64,000 bases of DNA, from assembly GCA_910586905.1 (NCBI GenBank), contig CAJUIV010000001.1, forward strand, positions 271,400-335,399. Direction: 5' to 3'. This document shows positions 42,732-52,903 of the stretch, piece after piece; position 1 is the first letter of the stretch; every line of letters starts with the position of its first letter. The notes under the pieces were generated by a model, which saw only the letters and a list, made by a program, of their open reading frames with translations, was not told the DNA's origin and did no database searches. Origin of the DNA: an uncultured Christensenellaceae bacterium (GTDB taxonomy: Bacteria; Bacillota; Clostridia; Christensenellales; CAG-314). Position numbers and translations under genes: made by a program.

Positions 42732-44093
42732 ATGAAAGTTATTGTAGTGGGTTGCGGAAAGATAGGGAAAACTATCGTCGAAAGTATGGTTGACGAACGG
42801 CACGACGTAGTCGCCATCGACAACGATCCGCAAGTCATAGAAACAATCACAAATACGTACGACGTTATGGCGGTTTGCGGAAACGCCACGTCAAGAGAAA
42901 TGCTACAGCAGGCAAACGTTGCTAAAACGGATTTGTTTATAGCGGTTACGGAATCTGACGAAGTAAATATGCTTTCGTGCTTTTTGGCAAGACGAATGGG
43001 CGCAAAATATACCGTCGCGCGTATAAGGGAAACTTCCTATAACGACGACGGATTGCAATTTTTGTCGAAAGAGTTGGAATTATCAATGGCTCTCAATCCC
43101 GAATTGCTAGCTGCGGAAACGCTGTTCGATATTTTAAAATTGCCTTCGGCCGTCAACGTCGATAATTTTGCCGGCAAAAAAATACAGATGCTCGAAATAG
43201 TCGTAAAGGAAAATTCTCCCTTAAATAACGTTTCGCTGCAGGATTTGCGTAAAAAATCTTCGGTTCAATTCGTAGCTTGCGCTGTAGGGCGCGGCGACGA
43301 CGTTTATACTCCCACGGGAACGTTCGTTTTGAAAAAAGACGACAAAGTCGCTTTTATGGTAAAGCGTACAGATACTCACAAATTTTTAAAATCGGTGGGA
43401 CTTGGGCAAAAACAGAGTCGGGACGTTATTATTCTTGGTGGTAGCGTTGTTGCGTGTTATTTGGCAAAAATGCTTGTCGCTAACGGATTTTACGCTAAGA
43501 TTATAGAAAAGAACGAAGAAACCTGTCAAAGAATTGCCGAAATCTTACCTTCAAATGCAACAGTAATTTGCGGCGACGGTATGAGTCAGGATTTGTTGTG
43601 GGAGGAAGGAATAAAAGCAACCGACGCGTTTGTTGCGCTTACGGGTAAAGACGAGGAAAATATTCTTATATCTTTTTACGCGATGAGCGAGCATGTTCCA
43701 AAAGTTATTACAAAAGTAAGTCATAACGAAACTTCGTCGCTTGCCGAAAAACTGGGTATAGACACGATAGTTTCTCCTCGTAAAATAGTAGCGAACGTTT
43801 TAACTCGGTATGCTCGCGCGTTGAATAATTCCTTGGAAAGCAAGGTTGAAACTATGTACAGTCTCATGGACGGTAAAGCGGAAGCGTTGGAGTTTCAAGT
43901 GCTTGCCGATTGCAGTTTTAATAATATACCTTTCAAAGAACTGCAACTCAAGTCGAACTTTATCATCGCGGGTATTATCCGCGGAAAGGAAACTATAATT
44001 CCTGCCGGCAATGATTTTATTACTGCCGGCGATAGAGTAATAGTCGTAGCGACGGATACGCGTTTGCACGATTTGTCGGAGATTGCGAGGTAG
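42732..44093 (+). CDS. trkA: Trk system K+ uptake protein TrkA (tandem RCK)
   Basis: 453 aa with two Rossmann-like repeats (MKVIVVGCGKIGKT; VIILGGSVVACYLA), each followed by an RCK_C-like segment. Confidence 0.85.
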   Translation: MKVIVVGCGKIGKTIVESMVDERHDVVAIDNDPQVIETITNTYDVMAVCGNATSREMLQQANVAKTDLFIAVTESDEVNMLSCFLARRMGAKYTVARIRETSYNDDGLQFLSKELELSMALNPELLAAETLFDILKLPSAVNVDNFAGKKIQMLEIVVKENSPLNNVSLQDLRKKSSVQFVACAVGRGDDVYTPTGTFVLKKDDKVAFMVKRTDTHKFLKSVGLGQKQSRDVIILGGSVVACYLAKMLVANGFYAKIIEKNEETCQRIAEILPSNATVICGDGMSQDLLWEEGIKATDAFVALTGKDEENILISFYAMSEHVPKVITKVSHNETSSLAEKLGIDTIVSPRKIVANVLTRYARALNNSLESKVETMYSLMDGKAEALEFQVLADCSFNNIPFKELQLKSNFIIAGIIRGKETIIPAGNDFITAGDRVIVVATDTRLHDLSEIAR

Positions 44094-44097
44094 ACGT

Positions 44098-45582
44098 ATG
44101 AATTATCGGATGATATTTCACACGACGGGTAAAGTAGCGTTAGTACTTGCCGCTTTGTTAGTAATACCGATGATTCTTTCGGCGAGTTTGTTGGAATCCT
44201 GTTGGTGGGCTTTTGCTATAACGATAGGCGTCAGTCTAATAATAGGTTTGGTGCTTGTTTTGAGTCTCAAACCCAAAAGTAACGTATTTTTTTCTCGCGA
44301 AGGACTGATAATAGTTTCTTTGGCTTGGGTATACGTTTCCCTTATCGGCGCGCTGCCTTTTGTTATCAGTCGCGCAATCCCGTCTTATATTGACGCATTG
44401 TTTGAGACCGCGAGCGGTTTTTCTACAACCGGGGCAACAATTCTGACGGGAGACCAAATAGAAAATATGGCGAAGGGGCTGCTTTTTTGGCGCAGTTTCA
44501 CTCACTGGATAGGCGGCATGGGCGTAATTGTCTTCGTTATGGCCCTTGTATCCGGAGCAAGCGACCGCAGTATGCATATTTTAAGAGCGGAAATGCCGGG
44601 ACCGACGGTTGATAAAATAGTTCCGCGCGCCCGAACCACAGCGAAAATTCTTTACGCGTTATATATCGGGCTGACGATAGCGGAAATAATAGCTCTTATA
44701 ATTGCGGGTATGCCCGTTTTTGATTCGGTAGTGCATGCTTTCGGAACTGCCGGCACGGGAGGATTCGGTATAAAGGCTGACAGTATAGCTTCGTATAACG
44801 CCGCTTGCCAATGGATAATAACAGTGTTTATGATACTTTTCGGAGTAAACTTCAACGTGTACTATCTGTTGTTGATGCGTAAATTCCGCTCGGCGTTTTC
44901 TTCGCGCGAATCGTGGATATACGGAGGATTGATTATTGTTTCAGTTACCGTAGTGGCTATAAATATCACCAATACAAATAATCCGGATTTGCTTTATGCA
45001 AAATCTGTCGGCGACGGAATACGACACGCGGCGTTTCAGGTGGCGTCGTTTTTGACGACAACCGGTTATTCATCTATCCCCGCATCGTCGTCTTTGAACG
45101 CGTTGCCCCTTTTAACCAAAGGACTTTTGTTTGTACTTATGTTTATCGGCGGTTGCGCCGGTTCGACGGCGGGCGGACTAAAAGTTTCGCGCGTAGCGTT
45201 ACTTGGTTGCGCCGTTCGCAAGGAGCTTAAACGCGTGTTGAATCCACGCAATGCAAACGCCGTTAAATTCGAAGGTAAAATCGTTTCGGAAGAAACGTTA
45301 CGAGGAGTAACCGCATATTTCGGGCTGTATATGTTTATTATCGTCGCTACTTTTTTGGTGTTGTGTTTCGACGGCGCAGAGGGATTGTCCGTTGAAGCGA
45401 ACATAACCGCCGCGGTTTCCTGCGTAAACAATATAGGTCCCGCGTACGGCAAGGTGGCTAGCGGCTATTATATGTATAACCCGTTGTCCAAATTAGTTTT
45501 GACTTTGGCAATGATACTGGGACGTTTGGAAATTTATCCGCTTCTGCTTGCCTGTTCTCCGTTGACGTGGACAAAAAGATAA
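44098..45582 (+). CDS. trkH: TrkH-family K+ transporter
   Basis: GAGGT SD and an ATG 5 nt after the trkA stop. Polytopic, with repeated selectivity-filter-like motifs (SGFSTTGA, FGTAGTGGF, TTTGYS, GGCAGSTAGGLK). Confidence 0.85.
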   Translation: MNYRMIFHTTGKVALVLAALLVIPMILSASLLESCWWAFAITIGVSLIIGLVLVLSLKPKSNVFFSREGLIIVSLAWVYVSLIGALPFVISRAIPSYIDALFETASGFSTTGATILTGDQIENMAKGLLFWRSFTHWIGGMGVIVFVMALVSGASDRSMHILRAEMPGPTVDKIVPRARTTAKILYALYIGLTIAEIIALIIAGMPVFDSVVHAFGTAGTGGFGIKADSIASYNAACQWIITVFMILFGVNFNVYYLLLMRKFRSAFSSRESWIYGGLIIVSVTVVAINITNTNNPDLLYAKSVGDGIRHAAFQVASFLTTTGYSSIPASSSLNALPLLTKGLLFVLMFIGGCAGSTAGGLKVSRVALLGCAVRKELKRVLNPRNANAVKFEGKIVSEETLRGVTAYFGLYMFIIVATFLVLCFDGAEGLSVEANITAAVSCVNNIGPAYGKVASGYYMYNPLSKLVLTLAMILGRLEIYPLLLACSPLTWTKR

Positions 45583-45609
45583 AAAGCGAAATAGGATACA
45601 AAAACGAAA

Positions 45610-45630
45610 AGCGGCTCGTAAAGAGCCGCT
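45610..45630. terminator. bidirectional terminator between convergent K+ operons
   Basis: AGCGGCTC-GTAAA-GAGCCGCT, flanked by A- and T-rich runs. Confidence 0.6.
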
Positions 45631-45655
45631 ATTTATGTGTAATGTCGACGAAAAG

Positions 45656-46309
45656 TTATTTTTGTCTGTTTGTAAACAGTAATATTTGTTCCGTATTGCC
45701 GAACACCACAATTTTGTCGTTCTTTTCAAACACCGTATCGGGCGTAGGAGTAGGCATATATTTATTGTCTTTTTTAACGGTAAGAATATTGATTCCGTAT
45801 TTTGCGCGCGGATTTGCCTGCTGTATTGTTTTTCCTATCCATTTTTCGGGAACAGCGATTTCAAAAACGGAATAGTTCGAGTCTAATTCGATATAATCGT
45901 ATACTTTTTCCGAATTGATTTTAACCGCAAGTTTTTCCGCTATATCGCGGTTGGGATAAATAATCTCGTCCGCGCCTACGCGCAAAAGAAATTTGCGTTG
46001 AATGTCGGTGTTTGCTTTTGAAACGATGTATTTTGCTCCCAAATCTTTTAAGATAGAAGTGATTTCCAGCGAACTTTGAAAATCGTCGGCAATAGTAACG
46101 ACGCACGCGTCGTACGACGGCACGTCCAACGTTTTAAGATTGTCTTCCACCATGCAGTTGCATATCAGCGCTCCTGTATATTTTGCGGCAATAGTGTTAA
46201 TAATATCTTCTTCTTTGTCTACAATCATCACTTCGTTGCCCATACCAATCAGTTTTTCGCCCAATAATTGTCCGAATTGTCCCATTCCGATAAGTAAAAC
46301 AGATTTCAT
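45656..46309 (-). CDS. ktrA: KtrA-type RCK-domain K+ uptake regulatory subunit
   Basis: AGGAGA SD before ATG 46309. MKSVLLIGMGQFGQLLGEKL Rossmann motif plus an RCK_C domain. Confidence 0.8.
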   Translation of the reverse strand: MKSVLLIGMGQFGQLLGEKLIGMGNEVMIVDKEEDIINTIAAKYTGALICNCMVEDNLKTLDVPSYDACVVTIADDFQSSLEITSILKDLGAKYIVSKANTDIQRKFLLRVGADEIIYPNRDIAEKLAVKINSEKVYDYIELDSNYSVFEIAVPEKWIGKTIQQANPRAKYGINILTVKKDNKYMPTPTPDTVFEKNDKIVVFGNTEQILLFTNRQK

Positions 46310-46319
46310 ATTTCTCCTT

Positions 46320-47666
46320 TTAACCAATAAGCAGCGTATCTACAGGTTTTCTTATTGCCGTTGTTTTTCGATTTTCGCCCAAAGCCAGCGCGAGCGTCAA
46401 AATACCCACTCTTCCGGCGTACATAAGCAAAATAATTATAAGTTTTGACGGCGCGGTCAGCCTTCCTGTAACGTTCAGCGTCAGCCCTACGGTACCTAGC
46501 GCGGAAACGCATTCAAACAGCGTTTCTTTGAACGTTAACGTCGGCTGTAACGCGCATATTGCAATCACGGAAAACAATATCAGCATCAGGCACGCCGCGA
46601 ATATTGCCATCGCTTGCGCAAGCAATGCGTTTTCTACGCGTTTTTTTCCTATGTTTATATCTTGCTTACCGCGAAACGAAGCCAACATTCCCGTTATTAT
46701 CACGACAATCGTTCCCACTTTGATACCGCCCGCAGTCGATCCGGAATTTCCTCCGATAAACATCAATATCAACGTTAGCGCGTAGCCGCTTTCCGATAAC
46801 GTAGAAGGATCCGTGGTTGAAAATCCTGCTGTGCGCGGCGTTACCGCATTGAAAAAAGACGCAAGTAATTTTTCTCCCGCGCTGTAATCCGAGTAAGAAG
46901 CGTTATTCCATTCGCACAAGGAAAACAAAATGAAAGAAACAGTTATAAGCGTTGCGTTGGCAATTAGCAGAGTTTTTGTGTTAAACTGAAATTTTTTCGG
47001 ATTAAATTTGCTGTCGGCTATGTCGCTCCAAACATAAAACCCCAATCCGCCTATAATTATAAGCGCCGTTAAAGTTAACGTTACCAATGGGTCGCGAGCG
47101 TAAGCCGTAAGAGAGCACTCTCTGTCAGCGCTTATAAGGTCGAACCCGGCGTTGCAAAAAGCAGAAACAGAATGCCATACCGAGTAATAAATGCCTTTTC
47201 CCCATCCGAAATCGCGTATGAAGCGAAAACTTAGAACAAACGCGCCGATGCCTTCAAACAACAGCGTTCCAAGCGTTATACGCTTTACAAGTTTACCCAA
47301 ACCTAAATATTTTTTATCGATGCCGGCCGTCGCCATCAGCGCTTTTCGTCCGTATATTCCTATATTTTTTTTAAAAACGTAAAATACGGCGGTAACAAAT
47401 GTCATAAAGCCCAATCCCCCCACTTGAATGAGCAGGAGAATTACGATTTGTCCGAACAAAGACCAATGCGTCGAAGTATTGTGTACGGCAAGCCCCGTAA
47501 CGCATGTGGCGGAAGTGGCGGTAAATAGGGCGTCCAAATAAGACGTAGTTCCCGTTTTGGTAGCGCACGGCAATATCAGCAAAACGCTGCCGAGGGCGAT
47601 GACGGTAATATATCCCAACGCAAGTAATTGCCATACGGTGATTTTAATGTTAACTTTACTTTTCAT
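46320..47666 (-). CDS. ktrB: KtrB/TrkH-family K+ transporter
   Basis: 448 aa and polytopic. Pore-loop motifs TATCVTGL, NAGFDL, RTAGFST and GGNSGSTAGGIK. Confidence 0.85.
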   Translation of the reverse strand: MKSKVNIKITVWQLLALGYITVIALGSVLLILPCATKTGTTSYLDALFTATSATCVTGLAVHNTSTHWSLFGQIVILLLIQVGGLGFMTFVTAVFYVFKKNIGIYGRKALMATAGIDKKYLGLGKLVKRITLGTLLFEGIGAFVLSFRFIRDFGWGKGIYYSVWHSVSAFCNAGFDLISADRECSLTAYARDPLVTLTLTALIIIGGLGFYVWSDIADSKFNPKKFQFNTKTLLIANATLITVSFILFSLCEWNNASYSDYSAGEKLLASFFNAVTPRTAGFSTTDPSTLSESGYALTLILMFIGGNSGSTAGGIKVGTIVVIITGMLASFRGKQDINIGKKRVENALLAQAMAIFAACLMLILFSVIAICALQPTLTFKETLFECVSALGTVGLTLNVTGRLTAPSKLIIILLMYAGRVGILTLALALGENRKTTAIRKPVDTLLIG

Positions 47667-47861
47667 TTATGCGCAAATTTTAGCACAATGTCAATGCAGT
47701 GTCAACAAAAGACGGCTGTTGAACGGAGGCGCAGATTATTTGCGGCTGAGAATGCCGTTAATCATTTGTTCGTATTCCGTCGTTTGTCGGGTTTTGCGTT
47801 AATGTGTCAAGAAGCAAATACAGCAATACGGCGTGATATTGTTAATAGGAGTATCTTATGT

Positions 47862-48905
47862 TCAACCGTATTGCATCAATTCGGGATTAACGTCTTTAAG
47901 CATTTGTAAAAAATCCTTATGACTGTCCGTTTTGACGTTGCTTTTGGGAAAGTTCAGTCGGATAGCGCAGCAGTTTTTGTACGGGGTTACGAAGTCGCGC
48001 ATAATAATATTTATCTTGTCGAAATCTACGCTGCCGTTGAGACGCCGTACGTATTTGTTCATATTGTCCGTATGCGTCGCTTCGCGGAACTTGGGTCCGC
48101 GTACGTACATTCCGTCCGTCAATTGTCCCTGCAGAACGAACAGTCCGCTGTCAATCTCCTTGTATTTTTCTATATACTGCGGCAATACCGTGTTGATATA
48201 TTGTTTGGAACTTTTTGTGTTGTACGACGTTTTATAGTAGGATTGTATCACGCTGTCCGTTCGCGTTCCGTCGTCGTTATTGCGCTTGAAGACGTATTTC
48301 TTTGCAAGTATTTCTTCCGTTTCGCGTCCCCACACAATAAGGCATTTTCCGCGCGAACGACCAACCGTCAATTCGTCGATAAATTCAACGTCCGTTTTGT
48401 CTGTGTCGTTTGTGAGCAGCAGTCCGTCTAACTTTTCTTCTACCCTAGCTATCGTACCCTGTTGGGCTTCGCCGTCGAAATGCTGGAAGTCCAGTATTAC
48501 CGTTTCCGTCGGATTAGCGCTAATAAACGTTTTAACTGCGTCCAATACGCTGTCGAGAGTTACGCCCTTGCTCGGTCCGTGATAAATAAGATACTTACCG
48601 TCTGCGTGGGATACGCGCAGGTCCAGATATCTTGTGCCGCAGGCAAGCAGGTCGGCAATATCTCTGTCCTGCGTCGCTGCAAAGTAGGGCAATCCCTTTG
48701 TTCCCGCGTCGTGCGCGCCTGGGATAACCATTTTCTTTAACAGCGCGTCGTCCTTTATCATACTTTGCCAATAGGACAGCTGTTCAACAGGTTCCGTCCT
48801 GTCGTTTTTGCTGTTTGCTACTATAGCTATAATGCAAACGCTTAGCAAAATTGCCGCAATTATAGCGGCCGGTATGGAAACGGCTATAATTTTTCTTTTA
48901 GTCAT
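47862..48905 (-). CDS. membrane-anchored PI-PLC X-domain (PLC-like phosphodiesterase) protein
   Basis: 347 aa with an N-terminal TM. VIPGAHDAGTKG...ATQDRDIADLLACGTRYLDLRV compares with PI-PLC IPGTHDSGT...QD..I..QL..G.RY.D.R. Confidence 0.7.
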   Translation of the reverse strand: MTKRKIIAVSIPAAIIAAILLSVCIIAIVANSKNDRTEPVEQLSYWQSMIKDDALLKKMVIPGAHDAGTKGLPYFAATQDRDIADLLACGTRYLDLRVSHADGKYLIYHGPSKGVTLDSVLDAVKTFISANPTETVILDFQHFDGEAQQGTIARVEEKLDGLLLTNDTDKTDVEFIDELTVGRSRGKCLIVWGRETEEILAKKYVFKRNNDDGTRTDSVIQSYYKTSYNTKSSKQYINTVLPQYIEKYKEIDSGLFVLQGQLTDGMYVRGPKFREATHTDNMNKYVRRLNGSVDFDKINIIMRDFVTPYKNCCAIRLNFPKSNVKTDSHKDFLQMLKDVNPELMQYG

Positions 48906-49305
48906 ATTGTTCTCCCGATTGTATGTTTTTGTGATTGTTTTTTTTGTTTGAAATCGTATTCAAAACTACTAGATATTCAATTTGTTTCGATATTTCGGGA
49001 AAAAATTTCCGTCGGTTTCAAATTATTATTTTTTTGCGTTGTAATATTCACGAATAAACTTCAGCAAAATTCGGTTAGACGTTCTTTTAGGCACATAAAA
49101 GCCGACGGATTATGTTGATTGTATATTGTTATTGCATTATAACATAATCAGCTGTAATTTTCAATACGTAAATTTTCACTGTCTGCAATAATGCGGTTTT
49201 GCCGCGCGTTATATTAAATGCGGTGTAATTTATATAATTATAAAAAAAAATAATGTTGACTATTTTACAATATGGACTTAAAATTATAATCGATATGGAG
49301 GAATT

Positions 49306-51720
49306 ATGAAAAAATTTATTGCAATACTTTTAGTTGCCGTGATGTCTTTGACGGGTATATTGTTTGTTGCGTGTCAAAAAGCGGACGTAATACTGGTGCT
49401 TCATCCCAATAACGGGGAGCCTAACAGAGTAATTCATTATACGTCGGAAACCGTTTTGCCGCATTTTACTTACGGCGATAAAACTTTCGGCGGTTGGTAT
49501 TTCGACGAAAATTTTGAAAAACCGTTTTCAACCGAAAATCTTGAAGGCCGCGTTAATTTGTACGCAAAATGGAACGACAACTCAAGCGCGACGGAAAAAG
49601 TTACCGTAACTTTCGTCTATAACGACGGTTTAACCGACAATAAAACGGTAACTATCGATAAGGGTGCGACGGTTAATTTAAGCAATCCTACTCGCAGCGG
49701 ATATACGTTTGACGGATGGTATACTCAAGTTAGCGGAGGAATAAAATGGTCGGCAAATACGTCGGTTTCTCAAAATTTGTCTTTGTACGCGCATTGGACG
49801 GCTAACGGACAAGTCGAACCTAATCCGTCGCCTGTAGATTTAAGCGCAGTGTTTAATCAATATACCGATATTTCCTCGTGGAACTTTGCCGTTTCGTTGA
49901 CGACAGACGACGGTAACGAGTTATACGAGTATTGCGGCGATAAAATTTCGTATAAATATACGGGCGACGACGGCAAAACGTATACGGACTATCTTGAACT
50001 ATCCGGTACGTATTATTACTATCTCGATAACGGCGACGGTACGTATACAAAATACAGCGAAGAATCGGACGAATTTTCCGAAGCGTACGCTTATATGAGT
50101 ATAGTGGATTTAACGCTTATAGGTAAATTTTCTTTTGTTGAGTCGAACGGATACTATGCCGCTGAAAAACCAAACGAAGCAGGAAACGACGTTTTGGGAG
50201 AATACATAAACTATACTTGGAAAACGTTTAACGTTTATATTGCGAACGGAAAAATAACGAAACTTGTCGGCATTATGAACGACGATTACACAATGACGTT
50301 TGAGTTTTCTAAGTACGGACAAATAACAGTTACCCTTCCCGAAGCGACAGAAGGCGGTTCGAGTGGCGGCGGAGACGGAGATCCGCTTCCGACTGAGCCT
50401 AAAGGGGTAATGGAAAATCAAGTGTATAATGCCGACACTTTCGACAACTCTAATTTGCAGGATAAGTTGTTAAGCGTCGAAAATGCAATAGGTTTGCCGT
50501 CAACAGGCACGTATAACGCGTTGGTAATTCCCGTTCAGTTCAAAGGGGATACGATTACGCAAACTCAGCTTAATAATCTTAACGTAGCGTTTAACGGAAC
50601 TTCAACAGAAACCGGTTGGGAAAGCGTCAAAACGTTTTATCAAAAGTCTTCTTACGGAAAGCTCAACCTTACTTTTGACATTCAGCCTGTTTTTCAAGCA
50701 AGCAGTACGGCGTCTTATTATTCCAATTACAAGGGAACGTTTGAGTATTCTGACGGAACTACCCAAGAAAAAGACGGCTCGGCGTTAATTCTCGAACAAG
50801 CGCTTGCTTGGTGCGTAGAGCAAGGTATTGATTTATCTAAATACGACATAAACAACGACGGTTGTATTGACGCGGTGTATTTGATTTACTCTGAAAACGT
50901 CGATTATGATAGCGCAGCCTTTTTCTGGGCGTATGTAACGTGGTATGGCGGCGAAACGCAATACGGCGGACTTGACGCGTTCTACTATCTGTTTGCAGGT
51001 TTCGACTTTATGACGGAAGGTCTTAACCAAAAACCCGGAATGAAAATTAACGCGGAAACCTACATTCATGAAACGGGACATTTGCTGGGGCTTGACGATT
51101 ATTACGATTACGAAACGTCGCAAGGAGGCAACCAGGGTCTTGGCGGAGCGGATATGATGGACTACAACGTAGGCGACCACGGTGTATACTCTAAGATAAT
51201 GCTTGGTTGGCTCGATCCGACAATTATTACTTCAACGCAAACCGTTACAATTAAAAGTTCGCAAGCGGAAGGATACGCAATACTTATTCCGCTGAACTTT
51301 GACAATACATACTTCTGCGAGTATCTGCTGATTGACTTATATTCCGCGCAGGGAGTTAACGCTATGGGCGCGTCCCAAACCAACACTATTTTGTATGGCG
51401 GAGCAGAGTACGGGGTAAGAATTTATCATGTAACGTCATGGGCTAAAGATCCGTATAATAACAGTTACGGCTCGTTTACCGATTGTAATAACTCAAACAG
51501 CAATATTCCGCTAATTAAACTGATAGAAGCGGACGGGGAAACAAGTTCAAGTGTTTCCGGCAGTTGGGCTTCGGAAAGCGATTTGTGGCAGACCGGCGAT
51601 ACTTTTAGCAAAGTATTTCAGCAGTATATGAGAAACGACGGCAAAACGCTCAATTTCGATATATCTATAACCGACGTATCCGCTCAATCGGCAACGATAA
51701 CTATTACGTTTGCGGTGTAA
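49306..51720 (+). CDS. secreted lipoprotein: Listeria-Bacteroides repeats plus an M6 (immune inhibitor A-like) zinc metalloprotease domain
   Basis: 804 aa with a GGAGG SD and lipobox FVAC. Two Flg_new-type repeats (KTFGGWYFDENFEKPF; GYTFDGWYTQ). The zincin motif is HETGHLLGLDDYYD. Confidence 0.8.
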   Translation: MKKFIAILLVAVMSLTGILFVACQKADVILVLHPNNGEPNRVIHYTSETVLPHFTYGDKTFGGWYFDENFEKPFSTENLEGRVNLYAKWNDNSSATEKVTVTFVYNDGLTDNKTVTIDKGATVNLSNPTRSGYTFDGWYTQVSGGIKWSANTSVSQNLSLYAHWTANGQVEPNPSPVDLSAVFNQYTDISSWNFAVSLTTDDGNELYEYCGDKISYKYTGDDGKTYTDYLELSGTYYYYLDNGDGTYTKYSEESDEFSEAYAYMSIVDLTLIGKFSFVESNGYYAAEKPNEAGNDVLGEYINYTWKTFNVYIANGKITKLVGIMNDDYTMTFEFSKYGQITVTLPEATEGGSSGGGDGDPLPTEPKGVMENQVYNADTFDNSNLQDKLLSVENAIGLPSTGTYNALVIPVQFKGDTITQTQLNNLNVAFNGTSTETGWESVKTFYQKSSYGKLNLTFDIQPVFQASSTASYYSNYKGTFEYSDGTTQEKDGSALILEQALAWCVEQGIDLSKYDINNDGCIDAVYLIYSENVDYDSAAFFWAYVTWYGGETQYGGLDAFYYLFAGFDFMTEGLNQKPGMKINAETYIHETGHLLGLDDYYDYETSQGGNQGLGGADMMDYNVGDHGVYSKIMLGWLDPTIITSTQTVTIKSSQAEGYAILIPLNFDNTYFCEYLLIDLYSAQGVNAMGASQTNTILYGGAEYGVRIYHVTSWAKDPYNNSYGSFTDCNNSNSNIPLIKLIEADGETSSSVSGSWASESDLWQTGDTFSKVFQQYMRNDGKTLNFDISITDVSAQSATITITFAV

Positions 51721-51778
51721 GATTACGGCTGTGTCAAGCGTCTGTTACAGAAGCGTAATATAAATTTATATCTTCCCC

Positions 51779-52893
51779 TACGACGTAAATGTAGTACGCA
51801 CAAGTAAGTTGCATAACGGTATACTTACAAGGTACATCTACGACGGCTTTACCTAATTGTCGAACAGCGCTGTGCAAAGCGGTTAACATATTTCTACTGC
51901 GTAGACGGTGTGGCAGGATTTATAGGTAACACATACCCATACCGCAAGAACGTACAAGGGGACGTAACGCATATCTATAAGCAGGAAGAAGATAAGTCTT
52001 TAACTCTTGTTGTAGAATACGTCTATGACGCTTGGGGTAATATACAGGTATTGCAAGATACCGACAGAATAGCTACTCTCAACCCGTTCCGCTACCGCAG
52101 TTACTACTTTGACGAAGAAACAGGTTTGTATTACCTACAATCCCGTTACTACGACCCCGAACTCGGTAGATTCATCTCAGCCGACAGCATAGAATATCTT
52201 GACCCCGAAACACTCGGCGGACTGAATCTTTATGTTTACTGTGGTAATAATCCTGTAATCGGTTATGATCCTAATGGAACATTCGATTGGGATAAGTTTT
52301 GGCGAACGTTGGGAACTATTGCCGTTGCCGCAGTAGTTCTAGCCATTACAGTTGCTGTTTGTATTGCAACAGTAGGTACTGCTGCGCCAGTATTGATCGG
52401 TGCCGGAGTTGGTTTTGCAATGGGAATGGCGGGTTCTGCGATAACACAAGCAATTTTCACGGGTACCGTAGATGTTGGAAAAATGTTTTTAGGTGGTTTT
52501 GTTGGCGCAATTAGCGGGGCTGTTGCAGTTACAGAAATTGGTTTCTGGGGTTCGGTGGCTTTTGGCGGATTTATCAGCGGAGTGGCAAGTATTGGTGAAG
52601 ACGTAATTGATGGCGAAGGCATCGATGGCGGTAAATTATTGCTTTCTATTGGATTAGGAATGATAGGAGGTGCGATTTCTGGTTCTGGCATTAATGCTAA
52701 AGAAGTTATGTCTAAAACGAAATATTTCAATTCAGTATTAAAAACAGCGGTTTCACCCAAAAAGATTTCTATGTATACTGCAAAACAGACGCTGTTAAAA
52801 CGAAATACCATAATAGGAGTAGTTAGGTTTATTTCGAGTATTCTAACAGGACATTTCGCGTCAAAAGGTTTAGGAAAATTATTTGAGTCTTAA
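51779..52893 (+). pseudogene. orphan RHS C-terminal cassette 1 (no N-terminal body, frameshifted 5' remnant) with a Gly-rich membrane-type toxin tip
   Basis: YDVNVVRTSKLHNGILTRYIYDGFT* shifts frame to ...LIVEQRCAKRLTYFYCVDGVAGFIG.... RHS core end is NPFRYRSYYFDEETGLYYLQSRYYDPELGRFISADS...GGLNLYVYCGNNPVIGYDPNG. There is no ATG or SD. Confidence 0.7.
52078..52258 (+). repeat. ~180-bp direct repeat (RHS core end), copy 1
   Basis: The first 47 nt are identical to 54648..54694. The rest is roughly 85-90 percent identical by eye. Confidence 0.8.
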
Positions 52894-52903
52894 GGAGAAG
52901 GCA

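Noticed and set aside
45601-45616. An identical 16-mer AAAACGAAAAGCGGCT occurs at 45601 and 59221, both at terminators.
   Set aside because: By rough estimate, about one chance 16-mer match is expected among all position pairs in 64 kb. The hairpins that follow differ, so I do not call a repeat family.
52263-52811. 182-aa minus-strand ORF opposite RHS tip 1.
   Set aside because: Its Pro/Ala/Thr/Ile-rich product is the mirror image of the Gly/Ala-rich sense strand. It has no SD.
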